Shown here piece after piece: positions 34,837 through 44,069 of a DNA stretch of 64,000 bases. Numbering within the stretch: position 1 is the first letter of the stretch; every line of letters starts with the position of its first letter. The position numbers and the translations under genes are program-made. The DNA lies in NCBI GenBank assembly GCA_036253495.1, contig GCA_036253495.1_4125.1. The stretch is one strand, 5' to 3'. The notes under the pieces are model-generated. The model was given only the letters and a program-made list of their open reading frames with translations. It was not told the origin of the DNA and did not search any database. The DNA is from a phage.

Positions 34837-35679
34837 ATGTCAAACATTATCGTATTCAAAACTGTATCATTCAATAAAGATCTTTATTCTCATTCTTATG
34901 TGTCTTCCAATAATCTCATCATTGAGTTGACAAATGGGGCAACGTTGGCGGTAGAATTCGATTCTAGTCTTGAATCTAACGCTGCACTAAAAGAACTAGC
35001 AATGGTATTAAATGGTGAACCAGTAAACAAATCCAAACCAACTGATGGGTTGGATATGTTGGTCAATAAGATCCTAAATGGCAAATCTTCTGAAATTGTT
35101 GAACTTCTTAAAAATTGTACTGATAAAATCACTGAAACTGTTAGTACTGCAAAATCTAAGGCTGAAGATAAGCTTTATGAAGAAGCATTTAAAGTCGTGG
35201 GGGCCGCAGCAGAATATAAGTTAAATGGTATGATTAATAATCTTGACCAAGTGCTGTCTCATATGTTCACAAAAGAATATGAAACTGAAGAACCTGAATC
35301 CCAAGAACAACCTTCCAAAAAAGAAGATGTAAAATCTAAAGTGAAATCCGCATTTACTGGTGCTAAAAAGAAATTTGGTCTATCTGAAGATATCTTTGGA
35401 TATTCTGATACCACAGCACAAACCGACGATGATTCACAGTCAGATGATATTCTGATTGGTGATATGCTTGATCGTCAGTTGCGTGCTGAAATTTCAGCAT
35501 TCGTTGACAGTGTTGTTAGTTCTGAACGTGCACAAGATATGTTCGAAAGTATCAGTAAGAATTTTGGTGAAGAAGAATCGAAAGCTGCTATTGATGGATT
35601 TAAAAATCTAATTTATTCCGTTGCAGTGCAGCACCAAGATAAAACATTAGAATATGTGATTCGCAATTACTTTATGTAA
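34837..35679 (+). CDS. hypothetical acidic protein
   Basis: GGAGT RBS then ATG 34837; ends at bidirectional terminator. Confidence 0.55.
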   Translation: MSNIIVFKTVSFNKDLYSHSYVSSNNLIIELTNGATLAVEFDSSLESNAALKELAMVLNGEPVNKSKPTDGLDMLVNKILNGKSSEIVELLKNCTDKITETVSTAKSKAEDKLYEEAFKVVGAAAEYKLNGMINNLDQVLSHMFTKEYETEEPESQEQPSKKEDVKSKVKSAFTGAKKKFGLSEDIFGYSDTTAQTDDDSQSDDILIGDMLDRQLRAEISAFVDSVVSSERAQDMFESISKNFGEEESKAAIDGFKNLIYSVAVQHQDKTLEYVIRNYFM

Positions 35680-35686
35680 TGAGAAC

Positions 35687-35715
35687 GAAAAAGCCTCCAT
35701 ATGGAGGCTTTTTTT
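35687..35715. terminator. bidirectional intrinsic terminator between convergent genes
   Basis: Hairpin AGCCTCCAT / ATGGAGGCT flanked by A5 upstream and T6-7 downstream. Confidence 0.75.
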
Positions 35716-36871
35716 ATTGTTTGTCATAACCAATCACTACAATCTTAGCATCAAATGCTTCGGCAGAAGTAATTGTAACATTCTCATCATCATCAAGCTG
35801 AATTTCACATTGAACTGCATCATTGTTATTATCATATACTTGAACAAAAACAAATTCTTTTAAGTGTCCAGTACTGGATATATTAATTTCATACATTTCA
35901 CCATTGCGTGTCCATTCAGAAGAAGAGACATTTTGTACATATGGAGATGTTTGCAATGTACTACCCAATATACTTAGTTTTATAGGTGTATTATCATATA
36001 TTGTTACTGTAATATCACCAGTGGAGCTAACATTAATGCCAGCAGATACCAAATTATTATGATTATCATATACCTGAATAGCTAAGTTATTACCACGCCC
36101 ATGTACATCACCAGGGATTCTTGCACTATACACATCACCAGGCCCAGTACTGAATGTAGTTACTGATACAGTAGTGGTAAAGCCGTCATCATCACCAACA
36201 TCTAATATATTAAAATTAACGCTTTTTGTATTATAAAAATCAGACGTAAGAGTTATAGTTGCAGTTCCGGTTGACATAATTTCCGGTACTGTTATAATGA
36301 ATTCATCATTGACTATTGTACTCGTTGAATACTCGGACCCATCTGAAAATTTTACAGTAATTGTCATTCCTGTTGTGTTGATGGTTTGTCCAGCATTGAA
36401 CAGTTTACCCGATATTTCAGTATCCCCAACATGAACTGGATTAACTAAAATATTATCTATATCACGATCAATAATTGAACAAGTTGGTGTGTACATATCA
36501 AAAGTAACATCGGAGTTTCCAAATATCGTTTTGTGTAATTGGAATTTAGTTACAAACCCTGTTGGATCTGTAGGTTTCAATTGATTAGTGTATCCACGAA
36601 CAAAGAAAGTATTCTTTGCAATAACATCCAATAATTCATCATCGGATTTTTTATAGTTAAGTAAATTTCCTACCTTATCATAAGAAGTAATTTGTACGCG
36701 TCTATATATTTTGTTTGTTACAGGATCTATAATATCAAATAGTTTATAACTACGCTGTCTGTAAATTCTTATATTTTTTAATTTGGTTCCATCGATTAGT
36801 AAAGCACCATCCACGATATAACCACATTCACCGAACTTGTATTCTCCGGCATCAGCTATGGTTCTAGACAT
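35714..36871 (-). CDS. Ig-like repeat protein (possible capsid-decoration or adhesin-type)
   Basis: Only long minus-strand ORF; GAGGGG RBS; repeated V/T-rich units (VQVYDNNND, IQVYDNHNN, TVTIYDNT). Confidence 0.6.
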   Translation of the reverse strand: MSRTIADAGEYKFGECGYIVDGALLIDGTKLKNIRIYRQRSYKLFDIIDPVTNKIYRRVQITSYDKVGNLLNYKKSDDELLDVIAKNTFFVRGYTNQLKPTDPTGFVTKFQLHKTIFGNSDVTFDMYTPTCSIIDRDIDNILVNPVHVGDTEISGKLFNAGQTINTTGMTITVKFSDGSEYSTSTIVNDEFIITVPEIMSTGTATITLTSDFYNTKSVNFNILDVGDDDGFTTTVSVTTFSTGPGDVYSARIPGDVHGRGNNLAIQVYDNHNNLVSAGINVSSTGDITVTIYDNTPIKLSILGSTLQTSPYVQNVSSSEWTRNGEMYEINISSTGHLKEFVFVQVYDNNNDAVQCEIQLDDDENVTITSAEAFDAKIVVIGYDKQ

Positions 36872-36936
36872 AAAACAAACCCCTCATTGTTGAAATGCTT
36901 ATAAAATATTTATGATAAGGAGGGTGAAAATCGGCC

Positions 36937-36964
36937 TTGACAGACCTGTATTTTTGAGTATAAT
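36937..36964 (+). promoter_or_regulatory. sigma70-type promoter (TTGACA-16-TATAAT)
   Basis: TTGACA 36937-36942, TATAAT 36959-36964. Confidence 0.6.
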
Positions 36965-36992
36965 GTACATTAATAGTGAAAAGGAGTATTTT

Positions 36993-37577
36993 ATGAATGT
37001 ATTAGAAAATCGTTTAATTGTTAAAAATGGCAAGATGACTGTGAAACTATACTCTGATGAAGCAGATTCTTTCATGGCGAAGGCAATCGAAAAGTCTGAG
37101 CGATATCAAGTTCTTGCACCTGAAAACAAATCACCTTATGGGTTTAATCACGCTCATAGTCATTTTGTTGGAATGGTTTGTGAACACGCATCGTTTGTAT
37201 TGTTCTCTGAAATTGAAGCCAGTACTGGTATTAAGTTAAACATTGATCCAGCATTCCAATGTGATGGACGTGATGGTGAATGTGACATTAAAGTAAATGG
37301 GTTGCGTATAGAAGTAAAAGGTATTAAGTATAAATCATGGAAAGACTTTGGTCCATGTGTCAGTACTCGACAATTGAAAAACATTCAGAAAAAAGCTGAT
37401 GTTATTCTGTGGGTCTTGTATAATGAGAAAAAACAAGAATTTACGTTTGAGGGATTCAATTACGTAAAAGACATTAGTTCGATTCCAGTAGTATTAACAG
37501 GTGTACCAGGTCGTCCATTAATTGAGAATCACCCAGTTATTAGTATTCTTAAGCCACTACAGGAGCTACCACTATGA
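36993..37577 (+). CDS. hypothetical protein, possible PD-(D/E)xK-like nuclease
   Basis: AAAAGGAG RBS; weak D...EVK pattern (CDIKVNGLRIEVKG). Confidence 0.5.
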   Translation: MNVLENRLIVKNGKMTVKLYSDEADSFMAKAIEKSERYQVLAPENKSPYGFNHAHSHFVGMVCEHASFVLFSEIEASTGIKLNIDPAFQCDGRDGECDIKVNGLRIEVKGIKYKSWKDFGPCVSTRQLKNIQKKADVILWVLYNEKKQEFTFEGFNYVKDISSIPVVLTGVPGRPLIENHPVISILKPLQELPL

Positions 37578-37813
37578 TTAAATGTAATATTGAAGTAAAT
37601 GAATACACTACTAATCAATATAACGGTGAGAAAGAGTTTTCATTTAGTACAGTACAACATGTATTGAATTTCCCAGTACTTCCATCTATTGGTTCAGTAC
37701 TGACAATCACAAATACGTATGATACCCAGTACGAGATCCTTGATATTGAGTACAGAGCAAATCTTAGTTCCAGTGCAGATGTTGAAATCTATATCATCGT
37801 AGAAGAGGTATAA
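37574..37813 (+). CDS. hypothetical protein
   Basis: ATGA overlap. Confidence 0.5.
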   Translation: MIKCNIEVNEYTTNQYNGEKEFSFSTVQHVLNFPVLPSIGSVLTITNTYDTQYEILDIEYRANLSSSADVEIYIIVEEV

Positions 37814-38139
37814 TGATGTTCAAGAACTTCATTGCTATAGTAGCAGTACTATTCTTAACTACGTGCTTCATCAATCCAGTTTATGCTGATAAAGTGCGAT
37901 GGAAGGATGTTAAATCACCATCCTATTGTGCTGGTTATGCTAAGGTAAAGGATGAACAACACAATAAGCAGTACTATAAGGATATGTTTTCATTTTACAA
38001 TTCAATGATTTCAGAAACTGACTTGATGGCAAAGAGAGTTGATCGTGAAGATTTCCTTCAAGGCTATGACATGAATGATGATGAAAAAACATTAGAATGC
38101 GTAGAAGTTTTTAATTACATACGAGGGTTTGATGAATGA
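37813..38139 (+). CDS. secreted hypothetical protein (signal peptide)
   Basis: N-terminal hydrophobic leader ending VYA-DK. Confidence 0.55.
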   Translation: MMFKNFIAIVAVLFLTTCFINPVYADKVRWKDVKSPSYCAGYAKVKDEQHNKQYYKDMFSFYNSMISETDLMAKRVDREDFLQGYDMNDDEKTLECVEVFNYIRGFDE

Positions 38140-38600
38140 CAGCACTGATATGTATTAGTCTATTTGTTATTGTATATCAATTGATTTTTTCTATCATTGA
38201 TGATGTTGAACATATTGCATATAGTAAATCTATATCTAAGTTTGAGGGCAATCTTGCTTTTTTTAAATCATTATTTTGGACATATTTGTTACCCAAAGAA
38301 TTTTTAGTTGTGTCTTCATATTATTCATCATATAATCTAAACTATAGTATTAGTGATTTAGCAAACATTGAACTGGTTTGTCGAAATGCTATCAACAATG
38401 TTAATGGATACAAAGTTGTGATGAAAAATCCAGGGGTGATCCATTTTATAGAACCAGGTAACAGCAGTTCTGAACTAAAACTTAGTGATATGTATCTTTC
38501 ATATAACTCAATGGAAAGATTCGTTTTACCACCGTACTATATTCGTTTGATCCTAAAAGCACTACAAAATAAAACTACAGATGTTCTTGACAGGCTATAG
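38136..38600 (+). CDS. hypothetical protein with N-terminal TM helix
   Basis: ATGA overlap. Confidence 0.5.
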   Translation: MTALICISLFVIVYQLIFSIIDDVEHIAYSKSISKFEGNLAFFKSLFWTYLLPKEFLVVSSYYSSYNLNYSISDLANIELVCRNAINNVNGYKVVMKNPGVIHFIEPGNSSSELKLSDMYLSYNSMERFVLPPYYIRLILKALQNKTTDVLDRL

Positions 38601-38664
38601 GTGAAGTGATAAGATAGTACCAATGAAACACAACACTAATTTATAATCTAATGAGGAACCAATC

Positions 38665-39123
38665 ATGACAGTATTAGCTACCCAATTTAAACGAAATACA
38701 GAGCAACGTGAAGGTTACTTGAGTATCAGTGAAGTGGTTGAAGGAAACTTCAAACAATACATTTTCAATGCTTCTATTAAATTAAAAGCGACAAAATCTG
38801 ATAAAGATCGTGGCTTTACTAAGTGGGTGGCTTACTGGGAAGATTCACCTGTTGCAATTGAAATGACAGTAATGACAACAGTACTGGAAACTGGATACAT
38901 TAAAGCGACCATTGTAGATAAACAAGTACGAACCATTGATGAGATTGGTCCTTACCCAGCACGAAATTCTAAAGTATTTGGTAACTTGATTGATGGTAAG
39001 TTTATGTTGGATAAAGATGCACAAGTTTATGTGATGGATAAGGTAGAAAAAGCGGCAGCTAAAAAAGAAGTTGTAAATCAAAGTCAAATTGACTTAATCA
39101 AACAAGCATGGGGTTTAAAATGA
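38665..39123 (+). CDS. hypothetical protein
   Basis: GAGGAACC RBS. Confidence 0.55.
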   Translation: MTVLATQFKRNTEQREGYLSISEVVEGNFKQYIFNASIKLKATKSDKDRGFTKWVAYWEDSPVAIEMTVMTTVLETGYIKATIVDKQVRTIDEIGPYPARNSKVFGNLIDGKFMLDKDAQVYVMDKVEKAAAKKEVVNQSQIDLIKQAWGLK

Positions 39124-39563
39124 TTTCTATCAAATCCGTAAAATACATTTATCTTCTTGGTATTTTGTCTTGGTTTGCATTACCAGTACTGGACTTCTTT
39201 CAAGTCACAGATGGTAACAAGTACCAAACAGTAGTTTCAGTGTTTTCACTTTTATTTTTTCTTGGTGTCTTTTTTTCTAGTGCTTTTATGATCTTTAGTG
39301 ATGAAGACGATGCAAGACGTTTCTATGCAGTAGTTTTTGAATTTAAACACTATGGGTGGTATCTAACACTCCCGTTCATTCCATGTATCATTTATGCTTT
39401 CAACTATGAATACTATTCATATATGGGCATGGCAATGATTTTGTTTATTATCCTTGAACGTATGCGAACGGTTCAAAACAAGTTTGCACAGGAGTACGAA
39501 GACATGCAAACTGCGGAAGAGATACGTAGGAAGTCAATTCCAACAACAAAGGTAGATTTATAA
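39120..39563 (+). CDS. membrane protein
   Basis: ATGA overlap; several hydrophobic helices. Confidence 0.5.
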   Translation: MISIKSVKYIYLLGILSWFALPVLDFFQVTDGNKYQTVVSVFSLLFFLGVFFSSAFMIFSDEDDARRFYAVVFEFKHYGWYLTLPFIPCIIYAFNYEYYSYMGMAMILFIILERMRTVQNKFAQEYEDMQTAEEIRRKSIPTTKVDL

Positions 39564-39988
39564 TGAGAACATACTATAAACTATTACTCGCTCCCTTTTC
39601 ATTTGGTATTTTATGTCTAATCGACGTATTATGCACAAAGTATTCGATTAGTACAGTACTTAATCCAGCGTGGTTTACTATTGCTATTGTTGGATACTGT
39701 CTGTGTGCGGGTATGGCTGCTCTTATTACGTTACTAACAATTGCAATGGATAATGACGAGAAAGATAAAAACAGCTTTGCGAATGACTTTGGGTGGAAAA
39801 CGATCAGTTCAGTAACTATTGTACCATTTGCATTACTGACAGTTTATTTCATTCAAATGGGTGAGATCATTCCTGGTGTTGCATCATCAATACTTTTGTT
39901 AATGACAATAGTTGTTCGTTCACGACAAAATTCAATAATCCAAGAGTTTCTTGAACGAGAGGCAAGGGAAGGAACAAAAACATCTTGA
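39563..39988 (+). CDS. membrane protein
   Basis: TAATG overlap; several hydrophobic helices. Confidence 0.5.
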   Translation: MRTYYKLLLAPFSFGILCLIDVLCTKYSISTVLNPAWFTIAIVGYCLCAGMAALITLLTIAMDNDEKDKNSFANDFGWKTISSVTIVPFALLTVYFIQMGEIIPGVASSILLLMTIVVRSRQNSIIQEFLEREAREGTKTS

Positions 39989-40042
39989 CATAAAATGTGT
40001 TAAGGGATATAATTATTTTATCAAAACAAAGGAGGGACACAT

Positions 40043-40294
40043 ATGAATCTCGATGTGGTGAAATCATTAACTGAAGCTTTACAGAAAAATGAAGTTCAAT
40101 GTCAAGAACTACGTGACACTATTAAGGTTGAATACGCTCGACTTCAAGGTATGTTACAAGAATCAGAATGGGTAGTTACTAAAAGCATCGAAGGTATCTA
40201 CAAAGATATCGAATCAATGTTCAATAAGAAAAGTAAGATTGAATCAGATTCTTTTAACAAACGTAAAGAACTAAATGCAGTTTTAGGTATCTAA
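40043..40294 (+). CDS. hypothetical protein
   Basis: AAGGAGGG RBS. Confidence 0.5.
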   Translation: MNLDVVKSLTEALQKNEVQCQELRDTIKVEYARLQGMLQESEWVVTKSIEGIYKDIESMFNKKSKIESDSFNKRKELNAVLGI

Positions 40295-40298
40295 GTAC

Positions 40299-40327
40299 TT
40301 GACAGTACTGAAATATAGGAGTACAAT
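40299..40327 (+). promoter_or_regulatory. sigma70-type promoter (TTGACA-17-TACAAT) with -10 inside palindrome GGAGTACA-A-TGTACTCC
   Basis: TTGACA 40299-40304, TACAAT 40322-40327; palindrome 40317-40333 resembles the terminator stem at 4601. Confidence 0.5.
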
Positions 40328-40367
40328 GTACTCCTACTTTAATTGAAAACCAAAAAGGAAAAACACA

Positions 40368-40643
40368 ATGAACTCTATTCTAGTAGCAGTAAACCTAGTT
40401 GCTTCTCCGTCTTTTGATTTTAAAAAAGTTATTTCTAATAATCTTAAAAACATTTGCCCTGATACTGAACTTACTTTTTGTGTATTCGATTCTGAAAAAG
40501 TTACTAAAGTAGATCTTAATTATCTCATGAACGATGTTAAGAGTGTTCAAGGTAAAACTAATTTAGATGTAGTACGTTCTGTTGCTGACGACTACGATGA
40601 TGCTCTGATCATTTCTGAATCTTTTGAAGAGGGTGTACTGTGA
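40368..40643 (+). CDS. hypothetical protein
   Basis: AAAAGGAAAAA RBS. Confidence 0.5.
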   Translation: MNSILVAVNLVASPSFDFKKVISNNLKNICPDTELTFCVFDSEKVTKVDLNYLMNDVKSVQGKTNLDVVRSVADDYDDALIISESFEEGVL

Positions 40644-41107
40644 ATAAATTAGTTCAATGGGTAGAAAAAACTAAGGTCTATCCACCGTCTGAATTGTTTT
40701 TCCAAGCAGACTCTAAGCAAGCCAAGGCAGAAAAACGCGTTGTAGCCATTTGTGAAGACCTTTATAAACTTGAAGTACATACTCTTAGTGATATGCATAC
40801 TGCGTTCACAGTGCTTGCCAACGCAGCTAAACGCGATATTCATAACATGAAGATGAAGTACATTGAAGAACTATGCGGTGTGCTTGCATTCCATGTTGAT
40901 TATTCGGTTAATGCATTAGATGCTATGCATAAGAAAGATCCTATCCTCCAAGCTTATTACAAAGGATGGTCCGTAAAAGCTAAAGAGCTAAAGGATGAAA
41001 TCAAAGCATTACTTATTGAATCATTCCCTGATATTGATAAGGCAATGTTACTTTCGGAGATGCAGTACTATTATGATTCTGAAAAAGATAAGGTACTTTC
41101 TAAGTAA
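40640..41107 (+). CDS. hypothetical protein
   Basis: GTG start overlapping upstream stop (GTGA). Confidence 0.5.
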   Translation: MNKLVQWVEKTKVYPPSELFFQADSKQAKAEKRVVAICEDLYKLEVHTLSDMHTAFTVLANAAKRDIHNMKMKYIEELCGVLAFHVDYSVNALDAMHKKDPILQAYYKGWSVKAKELKDEIKALLIESFPDIDKAMLLSEMQYYYDSEKDKVLSK

Positions 41108-41504
41108 ACTAATTCTAAGTAAGCCCAAAGTACAAATACAAGCTCAAGAGGCTTTTGATATATACGAGGCATTGAATAATTGTAATTATGATTTACTCAA
41201 TAAGCATTGTAGATCCAAAGTAGCTGTTGATTTGATTTGTGAACAAATGACAGTTAGTAACTTTTCAAAAAATTACAACATTCACTATTTTGGATTTGAT
41301 GGTTCACCTACAAAATTTGATTATAATTATGCTTATGCAGAATTGGTTAAGAGTAAGGAAAACATCAAAATAACTGAATTCATTGCCTTGTATTTTTTCA
41401 CAAAACTTGGTATAGTAACTGGATGTAAAGATCCCTTCCCATTTGATAAGGTATTGAAAGGAAGAGAACTTGATATATATTCCGCATTCTTAGATAAGGT
41501 GTAG
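41073..41504 (+). CDS. hypothetical protein
   Basis: In-frame ATG 41073; overlaps upstream gene by 35 nt; start uncertain. Confidence 0.4.
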   Translation: MILKKIRYFLSKLILSKPKVQIQAQEAFDIYEALNNCNYDLLNKHCRSKVAVDLICEQMTVSNFSKNYNIHYFGFDGSPTKFDYNYAYAELVKSKENIKITEFIALYFFTKLGIVTGCKDPFPFDKVLKGRELDIYSAFLDKV

Positions 41505-41505
41505 A

Positions 41506-42003
41506 ATGACTACAGTATATGTTGACAAGCGTGTTGGATTATTGCTCACTGATTCACGAGTAACAACCACTACTGAGAGGTACTTTCTCGGATTATTCCC
41601 GTTAAAACCAAAAAAACAATATGGTGTAGTTACTCAAAAATCATTATACATTCATGATCGTCTGTTTAGTGCCGCAGGTTCAGTGAATGAAATCAATAAA
41701 GTATTGATGTATTTGATATATGGTGATATAGTACTGCCCAGTAGAAAAGAGAACTGCCATTGTGTCTTGTTGTCCAAAGATTATTGTATTCACTTAGGAA
41801 CAAAGAACGGGAAGTTTTTTAAGTACCTTGAGTTCATGCATGAGGAATATGTATTCTTCATGGGAAGTGGTGGAGAGTACATGGTTGATGCTGCTGTGCA
41901 TGAGAACCAAGACACACTACTTCAAAAAATATTCAGTACTTTCAAAGAGGTAAAAAACCACGATGAATATACTGACGACAATATTAATGTATACCAATTT
42001 TGA
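41506..42003 (+). CDS. hypothetical protein
   Basis: ORF with ATG 41506. Confidence 0.5.
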   Translation: MTTVYVDKRVGLLLTDSRVTTTTERYFLGLFPLKPKKQYGVVTQKSLYIHDRLFSAAGSVNEINKVLMYLIYGDIVLPSRKENCHCVLLSKDYCIHLGTKNGKFFKYLEFMHEEYVFFMGSGGEYMVDAAVHENQDTLLQKIFSTFKEVKNHDEYTDDNINVYQF

Positions 42004-42024
42004 TTTTTTCATTAGGAGAAGTAA

Positions 42025-42987
42025 GTGAAGAAACTAGACTTAAACGCAATTTCCGAAGAAGTACTGGATGAATGTTTTGCGAATGAAGAAGTCAATCCAT
42101 TGGAAGCAATTGAACCATCAGAAGTTATTGAAGATGATATTCCACATAAAGTTCGTAGTAAAAGTAACATTAGTCTCAAGCGTCCAGTAGGTGTGACTAA
42201 TGAATCCATCATCGAAGAGATTCGTGCTGGAATTAATGTAAAAAAGAACACTGACCTATTACTTCGTTATAACTATGGTATGATCGTTGATGTTGCTTCA
42301 AAGTGTACATGTTATATTCCGTTTGAAGATAAAATTGCATATGGTGTAGAAGGTTTTATGCGAGCACTTAAAACCTTTGATCTTAGTAAGAATGTCAAAT
42401 TCATTACATATGCAACAACGTCCGTTTATATGACTATGTATAATGAAAGTTCAGATGCAAATTACATGGTGTACTTACCACGTTATATGAGCGTTCATAA
42501 CATCCAAGTACGTCGATTTAATGAATCATATCAACGTGAACACGGTAAGCGACCTACACCAGAATTAATCTCTGAGAGTACTGGTATCGAGCTTCAGCAC
42601 GTTAAGAACTGTTTGTTATACCAGAATGCATATACGACTCTTGATGCACAACTGGGTTCAGATTCAGACGGAACCCTTGGGGATATTCTGAGTTCATCTG
42701 CTCGTGATTATAACCTTAATGTTGATAGCATTTGTAATCCATTACGTTATGCAATCACAGAAATCATTGACGAATTGAGTACTAAAGAACGAGAAATTAT
42801 CATGCGTGTTCATGGTCTGGGGGATTACAAAGCAGAAACCCTTCGTGAAATTTCTGATAATGGATATGTTGATGATAAAGGAAACATTGTTAAGTCCCGT
42901 TCATCTGTGCACCGAAAATATAGTGAAGCTATTCAAAAGCTTAAAAAAATAGTACTTGAAAAAGGGTACGAATACGAAGATTTCTAA
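42025..42987 (+). CDS. sigma-70 family RNA polymerase sigma factor-like protein
   Basis: AGGAGA RBS, GTG start; region-2-like LLLRYNYGMIVDVASK...FMRALKTFDLSKNVKFITYATTSVYMT; region-4-like TKEREIIMRVHGLGD...ETLREIS...KYSEAIQKLKK. Confidence 0.7.
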   Translation: MKKLDLNAISEEVLDECFANEEVNPLEAIEPSEVIEDDIPHKVRSKSNISLKRPVGVTNESIIEEIRAGINVKKNTDLLLRYNYGMIVDVASKCTCYIPFEDKIAYGVEGFMRALKTFDLSKNVKFITYATTSVYMTMYNESSDANYMVYLPRYMSVHNIQVRRFNESYQREHGKRPTPELISESTGIELQHVKNCLLYQNAYTTLDAQLGSDSDGTLGDILSSSARDYNLNVDSICNPLRYAITEIIDELSTKEREIIMRVHGLGDYKAETLREISDNGYVDDKGNIVKSRSSVHRKYSEAIQKLKKIVLEKGYEYEDF

Positions 42988-42994
42988 AGAACAA

Positions 42995-43021
42995 GGGTTG
43001 ACTTAGGTCAGCCCTTTTTTT
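42995..43021 (+). terminator. intrinsic terminator
   Basis: Stem GGGTTGAC / GTCAGCCC with loop TTAG, followed by T7. Confidence 0.7.
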
Positions 43022-43545
43022 ATGGGACAAAATGGATGTTCATGATACAATGATATTGTACAATTCTGTTGGCATGGATGACATGAACCTGATCCACTCG
43101 AAAATGTAGAGGGCAGTTGAGCAGTCCAGCAGTGCGAAGTGCAGAAGAAACCCGTCAGATGTGGGCATATTATGAACCCCTCACGGCAATGCGGCACTAT
43201 AAAGAACCACGTTAGGATGGCTGGTGGTTCCTCGATAGACATATAAGGATAACACCTTACAAATTATCTAAGGGAGAGTTATCAAATTTTGTACAGGAAA
43301 GTTGCGTCCAAAATTTGAGTACTCACATTAAGTATTTGATTGCATAGATACTTAATGAAGATACACTATGTTTAAAAGTGTAGACCGTCATATGAAACTG
43401 AAGTAGAGAGAAACAGGATGACCCGCTTTCGTACTCATTAAGAGTAATCTTCAATGCAATAGCTCTGATACCATCAGCGTCAAATTCCCCTCCCAGCGGG
43501 GGGAAGAAAAATCCCTTCCTCAAATCCCGTCAATATTAAAAGTCC

Positions 43546-43574
43546 TTGACAGTTATTAATCATTCGCGTAGAAT
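43546..43574 (+). promoter_or_regulatory. sigma70-type promoter (TTGACA-17-TAGAAT)
   Basis: TTGACA 43546-43551, TAGAAT 43569-43574. Confidence 0.5.
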
Positions 43575-43638
43575 ACGTAGTATTAGAAGCGAACAGACAT
43601 CTCGAAGAGATGGATGACTAACTATTAAGGAACATTCA

Positions 43639-43848
43639 ATGAATACTACAATCTTTTTAGTAGTTGCTCTTTCAATGCAATCCGGTGTACAAATTACCCC
43701 TATGAATTCATTAAACCAATGTTTTTCTGTACGTGATAGTACATACGAACAAGTAAACAAAAATTCTTGGATGACAGTTAGTGAAGAACAAATGTGGTGT
43801 TACAAAAGTGATATTAAAGCGAAATTTATTGTAGGACAAACTCAATGA
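43639..43848 (+). CDS. secreted hypothetical protein (signal peptide)
   Basis: N-terminal hydrophobic leader. Confidence 0.45.
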   Translation: MNTTIFLVVALSMQSGVQITPMNSLNQCFSVRDSTYEQVNKNSWMTVSEEQMWCYKSDIKAKFIVGQTQ

Positions 43849-44039
43849 TTTATCGAGTGAGGTTTGAAGTTTGTAAAATTGTTTTCAATAGCAAAGGTGA
43901 AGCCTCACTCGATGAAACTCTGCACATATATAATCTCCAATTTAGGGCAAAAACAGAAGCTGATGCATTAGTAAACATGTTTAATTTCAACCATAGGTGC
44001 GGGTATCATTTAGTAAGAGTTATAGAGGTTAAAAAGTAA
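43845..44039 (+). CDS. hypothetical protein
   Basis: ATGA overlap. Confidence 0.45.
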   Translation: MIYRVRFEVCKIVFNSKGEASLDETLHIYNLQFRAKTEADALVNMFNFNHRCGYHLVRVIEVKK

Positions 44040-44069
44040 TCACCGAATGCAGTGAAGAGGAAATCTAAA

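Noticed and set aside
36872-36936. T4-type late promoter upstream of the minus-strand gene 35714..36871
   Set aside because: Only a partial match (CATAAATA) to TATAAATA was found; insufficient to call.
43003-43760. Minus-strand ORFs 43003..43242, 43323..43523 and 43560..43760 as genes within the non-coding island
   Set aside because: Cys-rich, low-complexity translations without RBSs; the region is better described as non-coding.
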